Source: Balanoglossus misakiensis (taxonomy: Eukaryota > Animalia > Hemichordata). Taken from it: DNA of 64,000 nucleotides. A program made the translations under genes and the position numbers. The notes under the pieces were generated by a model. That model was not told the origin of the DNA, did not search any database, and saw nothing but the letters and a program-made list of their open reading frames with translations. The stretch is from NCBI GenBank assembly GCA_040954595.2, contig CM082581.2:6874699-6938698 (forward strand), given 5' to 3'. This document shows positions 50,991 through 62,100 of the stretch, one piece after another. How positions within the stretch are numbered: the first letter of the stretch is position 1; every line of letters begins with the position of its first letter.

Positions 50991-53900
50991 CCGAATATCC
51001 ATTAAATTCTTGGAAATTTAATAAAGTGCAATGCAAAAAAGGCGGATTTTCATCCCCAAAGTCACTAAAAGTGAAAAAAAAATGTATGATGATTTACTTT
51101 CGCGCTGATTATCGTACCCACCGAGGCTGAGTTATATATAGCCGCTCTAGAAAACATGACCTCAGACAGGTCCCTCGGGACCGTGCCTCGAATTCAACGA
51201 TCACGTAGATGGACGCGCTGCCGCGTGTGAGGTCACCGGGGAGCTTTCCAAAGTGGTCGCGTGGAGCTGCTTCAGTCCGTCCTCGACGCGAAACACCCAA
51301 CATTGGAAGATCCCGACTTGGACTCGGAGAATGAACCACTCAAAAATTTGCATAAAAGTCGAGGTGGCCATCCCTCATTTGCATAAATCTCGAGGCCATA
51401 TCCGGGCTAAAGCCCCCCCCTGTTTTTTCGCTAATCTGTTGGCCCAGCACCCGGGGCTCTTACCCGGCAAACTACGGTATATTTGAATTTATAGTTTTTT
51501 CAGGTACTCAATACAAAACTGATACCATCAGATGTGTCCTGCGATCTTGTTTCTTTTTCTCATGTTTTACAAACAGACAACAGATCAATATTGAGTCTCC
51601 CACTATCTATCGACATTAGACAGTTCTCCGAAAATCCACTCTAACCTAATCCAGACACACAGACACTGTTTATTGATGAGCAGCCCAGCTGCCATGCACT
51701 AATATCGTCTCTCTAACCGACAAACCAGTTGTCTGTGAAATTGGCAATCTCCTCATCATCATCTGCATTATAATTCTGTTGCAAATCACTTTCCTATGTC
51801 CTTGTGAATATAAAATGCTAATTATGCATACAATTCCAGGCCTCGCTCAAAATTGCACGCCTCATCTAATCAGCAAATGCAATCTTGATAGCCAGGAGGG
51901 ATAGATTATCCACCCACAAGTATGAATAAGATCCATATACTTCATATGACCCCCCCCCCCAAGAAAAACCCACCAATATTGAAAATTAAAGTACAAGACA
52001 AGAACTGTACGGTCAATTCTAATGTGCTGCATCCAGGAAAGCAATATGCATAAAAAACTGGAGGTAGACAGATTTATTTTATAATATGCTGTCAACCAAC
52101 CACCTGTTCTTAAGTGCTATCTGCCCATTATCCATTATTGACGACTGTAAAATAGATGTTACAGGGAAACTGACATTTTTTGATCAAAAATTAATTATGA
52201 CCATAATTGTGATGCTCAGTTAATTCTCACAGGAGATGTCATAGATGATTTTCCCAGTGACTCTATCAAGAACTCTGAACCCAAATCAACACCGCAGCAG
52301 TTTGCATTCAGAGTGCTTCAGCTATAGCTAGAGGTCCTTCCGTCATTATCACGAGTAATGCTGAATGAATAACGCCAATTATGCTAATTAGTACATCATG
52401 GCACTGACTGTCAAGGGGAGGCCAGAACTAAAAGATCTTGTTCTGATATAACCTTCAGTTTCCTTTGCATGGGTCTGATATCTCACAATGGTGACTGTTT
52501 AGTTGGTGATACCAAAATTCCAAATGATAAACCCTTACTTAACAGAATACCATTAAATAACAGGAAGAGATCTCTGTTTGGTTTAGGGTTAACAGACATT
52601 ATAGTTTGACAAGTGTGTTTTGGGATAAAATGATCGCGTAAATATAGCTTCCCAGGCTAGTTTCTGCAGTTATTAATATTACATGTCTCATAATCATACA
52701 GTCGACTCGCAAATAGACAACAACCAGCACAATTTGATGCATAACAACAGAACATATAGAATTCTACTGTTAAAATTGGATCCTCATCATTGTGCAATAT
52801 GGGGGAAAACAGCTTTTCTGGCCTAACTGACAGCTGTCCTGAGAACTGATCAACCAATCACTTCGTCTCTTACATTTCCTTTGCAAAAGCTTCAAGGTGA
52901 CCCAATTCAATTTACACAGTTGAGGTCACAGCCATAAATCAAGGTCAAAATTCTATTGGTTTAATATCCACTGTTCACTTGTGTGCGTTTGACCCGAGAT
53001 AACAGGCTAAAACAGCTATACAGTACTTTGAACTGACAGTACATAACTGTTCAGAATTTATCGCATGCAATTCCTTAGGCCTAGGGTACACCAATGTAAG
53101 TCCTAAAACTTGGAAGAAGGTTCCCTCTTTAAATGTCATCCCATGTGTCACAATATGGGCTCTACTGTACCTTTCTTTGAAATAAGCATACATCTCAGGA
53201 GTTGATTCTGACATTGACTCTCTTGAATGGGACATTTAATTCACAGGCAAGATTGTGCTAACTCTTAGATTTGATAACCAAATTACATTCATATTTACAA
53301 GCATCTCCATATCATATCTTCATCTATCTTTACAGTAGCTATAAATAAAATTTCTGCTGAGTTTTCATGACCCTTGAAGCTTGCAGAGGTAGGAGGGTCG
53401 ATATGTGAACATTTTAAAACAATGTTGTATCGCACATCACTGCTGCATCTACACCTATACGTGGATAAAGTCACACTATAATATCTAGACGTGGAATGCT
53501 GCTTTTAGAGGTGACATTTAAAGTGATCTAGTCATCAATCACGACAACAAATACATGAATCTTGCCCAAGAGCATGGCGCTCTGGTTGAATGCATAAAAT
53601 CAGCAATTTTGAGCTGTGCCCCTCACATTATATACACTTTAACTTAAGAACCTGGATATTTTAACGTAAATACACGTACTTATAGAACACAGTTCATACA
53701 AAATGTGTCAAGGCTATTTCTCCCCATTACATCATGTGAACGAAAATGACACCTACACAATACATGTATTGATCGCTAATTTCATGCCATGCACATTGTA
53801 ATAAACAACCAATGTTTTTCCCACCTCAACTAGGCCAAAAGTTCATTTACCGTATTGATAACTGGTGAACGCAATGCACTTTATTTCTTACCCCTCAGCC

Positions 53901-56143
53901 TCCCCATTACAAACCACAAACATTCATGAACGACAGAAGATGATGGACGTGTACTTTTGTGTAATAATCTGTGTTACACCGAATATTATTCAAATTGCAA
54001 GCACAGATATAACCTATAATCATTGTGTCATGTACGCCACAAATGTCACTTTATTAGTTTACCCAGTACAGCGACAAGAACACATTTATCATCCCTGCCC
54101 CACCCTAATCTGTCACGTTGTAACCTTTCCACCCCTACATTCACCAGTATATGGGTCCAACTATTTGGAAAACAATAGGGTTTAACAAGCTGTTGGGGTG
54201 AAACGGTTAATCACCGTGTGCAGCCTTGTTATGAAGTTGTTAAAGGGGGGGGGGGGGAAGTCACCAACTTTTGATTACAATACTGTAGGTTTGTTTCAGT
54301 TGATACGCTAGTAGGTTGTCAGTCGTATAGTCTGCTTTCTTCTAGCGAGAACTTCAGCAAGCAAATATACCCTGGAACGGTCCAAAGTACATGAATATTC
54401 ACCATTGATTAAAGCAAGCACTGATAAAGTGGTGAGAAAAAGCAGGTTCATTCCCTGCACTCACACCCCTAAAAATACTCTGACTGGAAAACATACTCCA
54501 AAGTACTGGCAAGTGTGCTGTCCCTCAGGGAATAGAAATTGTGTTCCCAACCCTTAGTTTTGCCAACCTTATTTATTCCTTCAAAACATGAACAAGGCCA
54601 ATCAATGGTTAAACCATATTCCCAAACTTGTCTGATGCCTCGAGAGATAGCTTTCTCTGGCAGATACAAACCACAATCAAATTCTGAGTGATACACAACT
54701 CTTGCCATCCAACATTCTTATCAATGGCCTCCTTCAATTTCCTGTGGCAGTAATTCTATCGGTTTTATGGAAACTGCTTCAGTATCAGTTTTATACCAAT
54801 GGCCCTTGTCTGAGTCTTTGATAGACACCTAAGAGCTTCAGCTCTCTAATATACTATGTAACAGTACAACAATCATTCCATTGTTTGGCAACCTTGATTC
54901 AGGAAGATAATAAAAATGCATATATCAACTGAAAATCAATATTAAAAGCCAGATCACTTGCTGCTCTGCACAGACATAAATTCGCATGATTGACACTCTA
55001 TACAGATTCTTCATAGGAACTTGACACTAATCTGTTGTATCACAGAAATATCTGACCAGCTCAGAGAAACAAACAATGAACGTGTACAAGGTAAATTGAA
55101 ACAAGCATCTCCTAATTAGGTAAGGTTAAAGTTCATGGAGAGCAACCCACAGCCATTTTTAGCAGCAACACAAATTAATGCCAACCATTTTAGAAACAAA
55201 AACAGGTGGTCTACTTCTGTGTGTGCTCGCGTAATTTCTTATGCAAATGGTTATTTTCCCCCATTACAATCACGACACCTTTCCCCTTGTCTCACTGGCA
55301 TAGTATCTATTCATATGCTAATAGCCACACGATGGCAATGTTTACATTATCAGGTTGTGTTTTCACTTAGCTGACAAATGGTGTCAACAGTTATATGCAG
55401 ATTTCATTTTCACCTACAAGCTGTTGGACGACATTAATTAACGGCTATATTTAGCGACCTCAAGCAATACGTTTGTTTAGTGCGACGTCACTCGGTCGGG
55501 TGACCTTAAATATTTTGACTGCTGAGGTCACCGCCATGATCGCGTCACACCATCATGATCGCTTGTTTGCCTTTGCTGCGCGTTTTTTCACAGCTGGGTA
55601 ATCGGTCCTGGTTGCTCAACAATTCTGCACAAACCTACCCTAAATGCAGCCGCGGAAAGGCACTATGCGATCGGCCCCTGAGCAGATCTTTGGGCGAATT
55701 AAAAGTAAGTCAAAGGCCACGGCATTTTTAACGCTGCCGAAACACGCCACTACCAGTTGGCGGAATACGTGACGCACCACGCGTTGCAAAGCGTGGTTTG
55801 CTGCAGAACGTGAGCGTGATGTCGCATATCTCGATGCGTCTTGAAATCATCGACAGGGTCATTTGTCCCGTGGACAACAGATCTATTGGTTCAAAGTTTA
55901 AATCCAACAACTGCATGGGTATTAATTACTAAACGACTGGCCTCAACGCAGCGTCAATCCGCCATGTTGAGATCAGCAGTTAATAGTTATACACAGTCAA
56001 CTTTACACTAAATCCCTTTGGCAAAGGGCCCTGCCCACTTCCGATATCGATTGGCGGGCAATTGTATATATGGCTGGGATGGGGCAACTTACCTGAATGT
56101 AACATTCAAATGGACCACTCCGATCTGTCTTGACGACAATCCT
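28010..56143 (-). CDS. NDRG-family (Ndr) alpha/beta-hydrolase-fold protein, most similar to the invertebrate ZK1073.1/CG2082 type; first exon not identified
   Basis: Phase-consistent minus-strand exons: 56143-56093 (RIVVKTDRSGPFECYIQ), 45790-45736 (GDKKARHLCVTWHDIGLN), 38756-38639 (..FVHINAPGQEPDAGRLPD), 36988-36926 (LQFPSVDHLAEEV), 36435-36366 (ALAEGAGASILLRYT), 35649-35563 (HPRRVLGLCLLEC), 35031-34954 (..FLLWHHLGS), 30514-30414, 30069-29982 (PILLVTGTSSPH), 29382-29296 (STLLKAEDVGG), 28974-28923 (PRKLAESFLLFLQGIGL), 28116-28010 (VASVPMARLVRSSSF...MDQP*). Confidence 0.93.
31189..31287 (-). CDS. Candidate 99-nt symmetric cassette exon of the NDRG-like gene: NCLPASPIRNCSSPARRISELRKKQGTIYGRLR
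   Basis: On the minus strand: ~90-nt AG-free pyrimidine tract with ctaac, ctgtag acceptor, open phase 0-0 frame, gtatgt donor; lies in a phase-0 intron. Confidence 0.35.
31546..31722. mobile_element. Fold-back (palindromic) MITE flanked by TTAA, Kolobok-like termini
   Basis: TTAA-AGGGACAGT...ACTGCCCCA-TTAA with long imperfect inverted arms (TTTTTCAGAATGTTTT / AAAACATTCAGAAAAA; AGTTTCTTC / GAAGAAACT; TCTGTGAAA / TTTCACAGA). Confidence 0.65.
33424..33432 (-). CDS. Candidate 9-nt microexon (GAT TTG GAG = DLE) of the NDRG-like gene
   Basis: Minus strand reads tttttctccatttttctcgattctcccttgtgtctctgcag|GATTTGGAG|gtaacg; ~75-nt AG-free zone; frame-preserving in a phase-0 intron. Confidence 0.55.
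34688..34701. promoter_or_regulatory. RFX X-box match GTTACCATGACAAC
   Basis: Matches the consensus GTHNYY-AT-RRNAAC; intronic; function not shown. Confidence 0.35.
49624..49637. promoter_or_regulatory. RFX X-box match GTTGCCTGGGAAAC
   Basis: Near-consensus X-box about 9 kb upstream of the ciliary gene CFAP99; function not shown. Confidence 0.3.
50866..51477. mobile_element. Complete CCGTA-terminated MITE (Tc1/mariner-pogo type), copy 2
   Basis: Perfect 20-bp TIR CCGTAGTTTGCCGGGTAAGA / TCTTACCCGGCAAACTACGG with TA target-site duplication (50864-65, 51478-79); near-identical to 1-605. Confidence 0.95.
54124..54206. mobile_element. Degenerate copy of the ~85-bp piggyBac-like MITE
   Basis: TAA-CCTTTCCACCCC..GGTCCAACT..GGGGTGAAACGG-TTAA. 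Confidence 0.55.
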
Positions 56144-58239
56144 CTGAAATAAATGGTAAATGTTCACATCAGGATAAAGGTCAGCTGCCTACAAAATGTT
56201 ACTACACTACAGCCAAGGCGTCGTTTCGACATTAGGGCAACTGGAACTGCTGTTCCTTACACTATTAAAAATGTGCTCTTCGAATATCAATCTCACTTCA
56301 GGAAAAAACAAAAAGCGGGTTATACCTCTAACTCAGGCTTCGCCATTGGGTTATTATATTGTCGAATGAAGAAAACACGACTGAATAAACTGTTCCAGCG
56401 TAGCTAAACAGGTACTCCTTCAAACTCAGATGCACTATGTTAATATGTGTACTATCGGCAATCGTCGTAAAACTTCGTTAAAAATATAGGACATTCCATT
56501 TTCTGTCAGGGGAGGGCTATGTTCCGAGTCATCTCTATTGATATTACTCATAAATGCGTTGGGTAAATAAAATTTAATATTTTAATAATATCACCCAAAC
56601 ATACATAGAAGACCTGACACCTGGTTTACAATCCGTAAATTTCACATTTCTGCATTTTCTGACACGACTCCAAACACCGCCACCAGCTGCAGCTTTTGGT
56701 GAAACCTATGACCTCCTAGATCCTAAGGTGACCTTCGGATAATTTATGATGAAATGACCATTGAAATTACGTGTCGTGTACAGCTATTAAGGAAGGTGCA
56801 CCCATACCGTTAAAATTTCCAATTGACAACTCATCTCAGATATCGATATTTTGTCCTAAAGGACACAATCGCAGCAATCGAAAGTCCTTCGCGATGTGTC
56901 CTTTGAACAATGTGTGTATATGACCTTCAAAACATGCAAAACGCGTACGCATTCAAAACCGTGTGGCCTATACTACACTATCGAGTTAATAGTACCCCAT
57001 TCTCCTTAACGCAAACTTGTCCCGGATGTCAGCCCATGTACATGTGGAGAGGGTCCATCGCGTGGAAATATCATATCCCAACGACCAGTAAAATTGGCAT
57101 CCACAAACTCAAAAGATTCTAGTGTAATAGCAAGAATGTATATATCACGCCTTCTGCTTCACGCCCCCACCCATGCATGGTGGGCATTCTCATTTTCGAC
57201 GAAAATAAAGTTAAATAGTTGTTTTTAAATAGCATAAATAACAAAAGGCTGACATTTATCTCAAATTTATTTAAATTTAGCAGGCGAGTATTTTGTGAGG
57301 GTACATATATGAACAAAGTATCATCAACATTACATATAGGCCGAAGTGTTTTACAGTAAAATGAAATTGGAATTTATTAATGTTAAATTAGGCCTATATC
57401 AATAAATGTCGACATATGCAAAAATCAAGGCTTCTTTGGGAAAACAAGTTTCATATCCAACGCATAACTATGATACAATCCTGGCACCCGGCGACAACGC
57501 AAATGACCCAGCTATCGCAATCAAGTGGTTTCTAGAAAAGTTTATCTAGTGTATACTAGTACTTTGAACAGGTAAACTTTTGAAAATGACGTGACCGTCT
57601 TCCGTGACAGATGCTTGACATGGTGATCTTTTGGCACTGTCGTTTTATAGCAATATCTTTACCTTGAAAATTCCTCTCTTTTCTTTGATTTAAAACGTTT
57701 ATAATATGCGAAATAGATAGGTTCTATTGCAGTCGGTGCCATTCTTACTTGACAAGTCTGTTTAACAGAAGGGCTTATCTCCCCACCATGTCAAATTTTC
57801 ACCGATATTTTCAAAACTACATGTATAGTACATGTACTCATCACATGTTTCTGTTCGAGAACTCAGAAGAGGTCTTTTTGCAATTTTATCACGACCGAGA
57901 AAGGTTTTATATCCGCTGGCATACGTATCACGCACCATGTGGTAGGCTGGCAAAGAATCGTGACGCTCATTTTCCCAATTACGCTAAAATGGGCCTCGAA
58001 AATGAAAGTCTTAACATTTTCTTATGTTTTGCTGAAGGCAACTTTAGATTATTTTCTCTTAATGTTTTGGGAGTACAGTAGGCCTATTATCATTTTTCTG
58101 AAAGGCGTGTCTCTGAGGCGCCTACTACCTCAAATTGTCGGGAAAATGATAAATACAGTAAACCTATGTTGACACCAAAACCACGACTCAAAGTTTATTT
58201 CCGAGTGTTAGATGAAGTATTCGGGTATACACCTATACA

Positions 58240-58950
58240 AACCATAATATGGTTTCTTTCACTGTCGTACTGTTAACATTTGCCTGGTTGAGTGACCGCC
58301 ACGTGTGCCGAGTTCAGTGCCGTTTTTGATGCTGGCCACAGGCTCTGCCCACAAGAAAACAAAGCGCACCCAACGTCAGATTTCAATCAAGAGAAGTGAT
58401 AAACGAATGTGCAATAACTTTCTTTTTGTAGTGTTATAAGTAGTCTCACTATCTAGTTAGAATGTCATCATGGAGCTACCCTGACACTTGTACAACGATT
58501 ATACAGCTTATAATGACTGAGAATCCAGCACGCACACATTTTTAATGCCAATTTCGGGGGCATACTTTAGTCTACACTACACGGTACACGCTTTGAATTC
58601 AACATTACTTAATTTTTGTCGGGAATAGCCTTTACTTTGAGACCACCGCAGAAGTGCGAAGTTCCGAAACCATTAGGACAGCGCCCTCCTACGATCATTC
58701 GTTTTCCGGACATGCGTACTCGATTTGTTGTCAATAAACATTCGGAGGAAGGCATCATCTATTCAAGTTCAGTTATATCGGCTATCCAATCGGGGGTTGG
58801 GACATTGTAAGTGAAATGTGTTTATTTTATGTATTTTCAACTGACTAGGATTGGTTATAACTAGCACAAAACTGTCGATATTGTTGAAAACCGCAACTTC
58901 TTCGTATCCAGGAAGACCTAGCCAAAATCCAAAATGGCGACTACCATGGA
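58240..58950. promoter_or_regulatory. Putative CFAP99 promoter / non-coding first exon, probably shared (head-to-head) with the NDRG-like gene
   Basis: Locally CpG-rich; donor ATT|gtaagt at 58806/58807 pairs with the acceptor at 59148 just before the CFAP99 ATG; YY1-type AAAATGGCG at 58931; forkhead-type ATAAACA at 58734. Confidence 0.55.
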
Positions 58951-59154
58951 ATTCCTTTCGAACAGATGAACGAAATATGCAATCATTACTTCATGGGTGA
59001 ATTGGCAGCAGCGTAAAATACACCAGTTCTATAGTTCTATTTTGCAGTTCAATGTGCCAGACATATCCGTCAAGATGTACCTGTGTACTTCATGTTTCGA
59101 GTAGTTTTCCTCTGCTGATATGTCTTGTGTATCCATATGTCATTTCAGAGGACC

Positions 59155-62100
59155 ATGAATCACAAAGAAATACTGCATCATTGTGTGAAAATATTAAGTT
59201 CCTTTAATCCAGACGTACATGGGGTTGAAGGTCACCTCTCCAAGTATCTCAAGGAAAACAAGGTGAGTACTATGCGCTGACAATCCTGGTGTGCGTGATA
59301 CATGTATGATCACTTGAAGCCTTTGGTTAGGATGAAAGGTGACAATTTGAAAAAGATATTGACAATTTTTTACACACATCTTGAGAGCCTTGTCAAGGAT
59401 AGTAATCATAACTGCCATTTTATAATGTGATACCATTGGTTTGGACCTAGGCTGGTGTTAGGCAACGTCGTAAGGCAACGATATCGATTGGTCAACAGGG
59501 ATGGACACAAACTCAGTGACCACCATGCACAAAATCATATTTGCGTCTCATAGCTGTCAATCTCTTCTACAGAACTTGGATGAAAATGATAAAACTTTTG
59601 TGACAGAAGTGTTCTCAGGTTGTGTGCGGCACTCCAAAATCGTGAAGGTTGTCGTAAGCGGGTTTTATGTTGAAGATGGCAAAAATTGTCTCAGAACGGA
59701 TCTAAACCTTTACACAGGTAAGGATGTTACATGTATGCTTCAGGGTCGGGTTGGGGGGGAGGTGTCACATCAAGAGGCTGTTAACTGTTATGGTGAAATT
59801 AAACTCACAGAAATGTTCTCTGAAGAAAATATAACTTTGGAAGAGAGCGCTTTGAAAATGAAACAGTCCAACGTACTAAATAGGAAACTTGTCATTGTGA
59901 AAAACGTATGACTTTTGTTGCAGTGTTGTGCTACATGGGGTTGTTCAGACTCACAGAGCTCGGAATGTCCCACTTTAGGAAATTTGTGAGATCCCAAGAT
60001 GTCAACAAAATGCACAGGGTAAGTTTACGTATTGTCAATTGAATGATGTAATATTACACTGTAGCACTCAGTATTTTGGATGAGTGATACATTTTACCCA
60101 TGTATTGTATGTTTTCATCATTGTTGCAATCTTATTTGTCAATCAGAGTTTCAGTATTGGACATAATGTTATCCAATTTTTAGTAAATTATGCATTTTTT
60201 CGCTTCAGTTTTTAGCATATTTCTTAAACGAACACTCACTGAAGACTTGGATGAAGGATGAATGGTGCAGGATCTACGAAACCACATACGTGCAAACAGA
60301 AATACTTTCTCCTTTACTTGGGTAGGTATCAGCCACTTCTTATCTCATGAATATCAAAAGGCTTCAAAATTCACTGAATCCCCAAAAAATGTTTTGCACA
60401 CACACTGATGATCATTGATATCGTATTGAAAGGAAACACCCCACTGTATACCCGTGTTGTGTGTTTCATTTCCAGATGGCTTCCTGAACTGAATGACCTC
60501 ATCGCACACCTGGCAGAGAAGATAGCCAACAAACTGAAACCCAAGAAGCAGGCCAAAGTCACCACTGAGATCAAACCATTTAACATCACCAAGCCCAGGC
60601 CTAGGAGTGTACCAATGCCGGAACCCATCCCTACCCTAAAACCCCATCAGCCAGTAAGTGTTGATCTTCATGTTCAATTATTTAGTTCCCCAGCACAGTC
60701 TGGTGCAAAATATCCATTAAAGCACTGTCCTTGCAAAAGAATTATCCATGTAATACAGTGTGCAAAATTCAGTGTTTCCATACCTTGACCTGTGTGACAT
60801 ACCACTGTCTTCTTTCAGGTTCCCAAGACAACCTACGAGAAACCCAGAGAGCTGAGAGAACTTGATAGAGTGAGAGAAATCAACAGACGTAAAGCTGAGG
60901 CAAGTAATAACGTTTACAGTCCCTATGTGATGAAGTATTCACAATTTACGTAGTACAGTGAAAGTCTTGGCTAAGGAAGTAATTTTTAGCGACATTCGAA
61001 AACGTGATTCTGAGAGAGAATGGCCAGCAATCTATGATCTGGATTATCAAGGGTAATTGTTTTTAAAGCTCGTTATTTCCTGCACAAACAGGAACAGTTA
61101 CTAGAGTCGTCAAAGACTCAGTTCGCGTGCGCCAATGCGGAGAAATCTGAGAAGGCCAAGGAGAGGTTAGCGAAGATCGTGTACGAGCAGGACAGTAAAT
61201 TGAACTTTGAGAAGAACCGGGCAAGACCCTTGCCACCAACGCTGGTAAGTCGTCTGAGAAGTAATTACTGTATGTATGTGTGTGTGTCTGTCTGTCTGTA
61301 TGTGTGTGTGTGTGTGTGTATGTATGTGTGATCAGAGATATCATACTCTCATGCCCGTCTTTTTTTCTCAGCGTATCTTTCCGAGACGTTTTGCGAAATA
61401 TACCAGTATAAGAAGCAGCTTTTCCTTGTATACTTGCCTGTTGTAGGCTCTGAAAGATAAAAATTGAATTATCAATCATTTGAAAAATATATCGTTTTTC
61501 CCCCACAGAATAGCAACATTCCAATTAGACTTAATGCAGCTGCCATATTGAGAGAGGGTGCTCTCTATCAGAGGAAAGAAGATGATGAACTTAAAAAGTA
61601 AGTGGCTGTGATTTTTTGAATTGTCAGTGGTTTGGTTTTCCAGTTGTATTCTAATTAGATTATTGTTATGGTAACAGAGTATGCCATTGGCACAAATTAG
61701 CCAATAAAGCTCTTAGCTGCCAATTTTAGCATATTTTTAATCAATAAAAAATTGCCTTACCCTCAGTCGACAAATAACATTTTGAATTTGTCGAGAATCT
61801 ATCACCTATGTGAGCATACTGAGTTTGTAAGTAAAATCATAAAAATAATGCAAAAATGGCAGCTATTGGGGCTTTAGTGGCATTTGATCAAACACAATGA
61901 TTTTCACCCATAAAAAACTATAACTTATTTACTTTCTTCCTGACACAGACTAGCAAGGCTGGAGTCAGGCGCCAGAGACGCGACAGAATTCCTTCAGTGG
62001 CAGAACGAAATGAAACAGAGGGACATGGACGAGGAACTGGCTGAGATTGAACGGCGCCGAATTGCGGGCAAACTCAGCCACGAGGAGGCCATCCTAGCCA

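Noticed and set aside
54465-54468. 4-nt minus-strand microexon (tag|GGGT|gtgagt)
   Set aside because: Frameshifting, short pyrimidine tract and no compensating partner found.
36990-56090. Numerous 60-120 aa ORFs in the long NDRG introns
   Set aside because: No recognisable domains, splice structure or codon bias; consistent with random ORFs.
57663-57742. Candidate NDRG first coding exon (MAPTAIEPIYFAYYKRFK...)
   Set aside because: 80 nt ending in phase 2, incompatible with the phase-0 acceptor at 56143.
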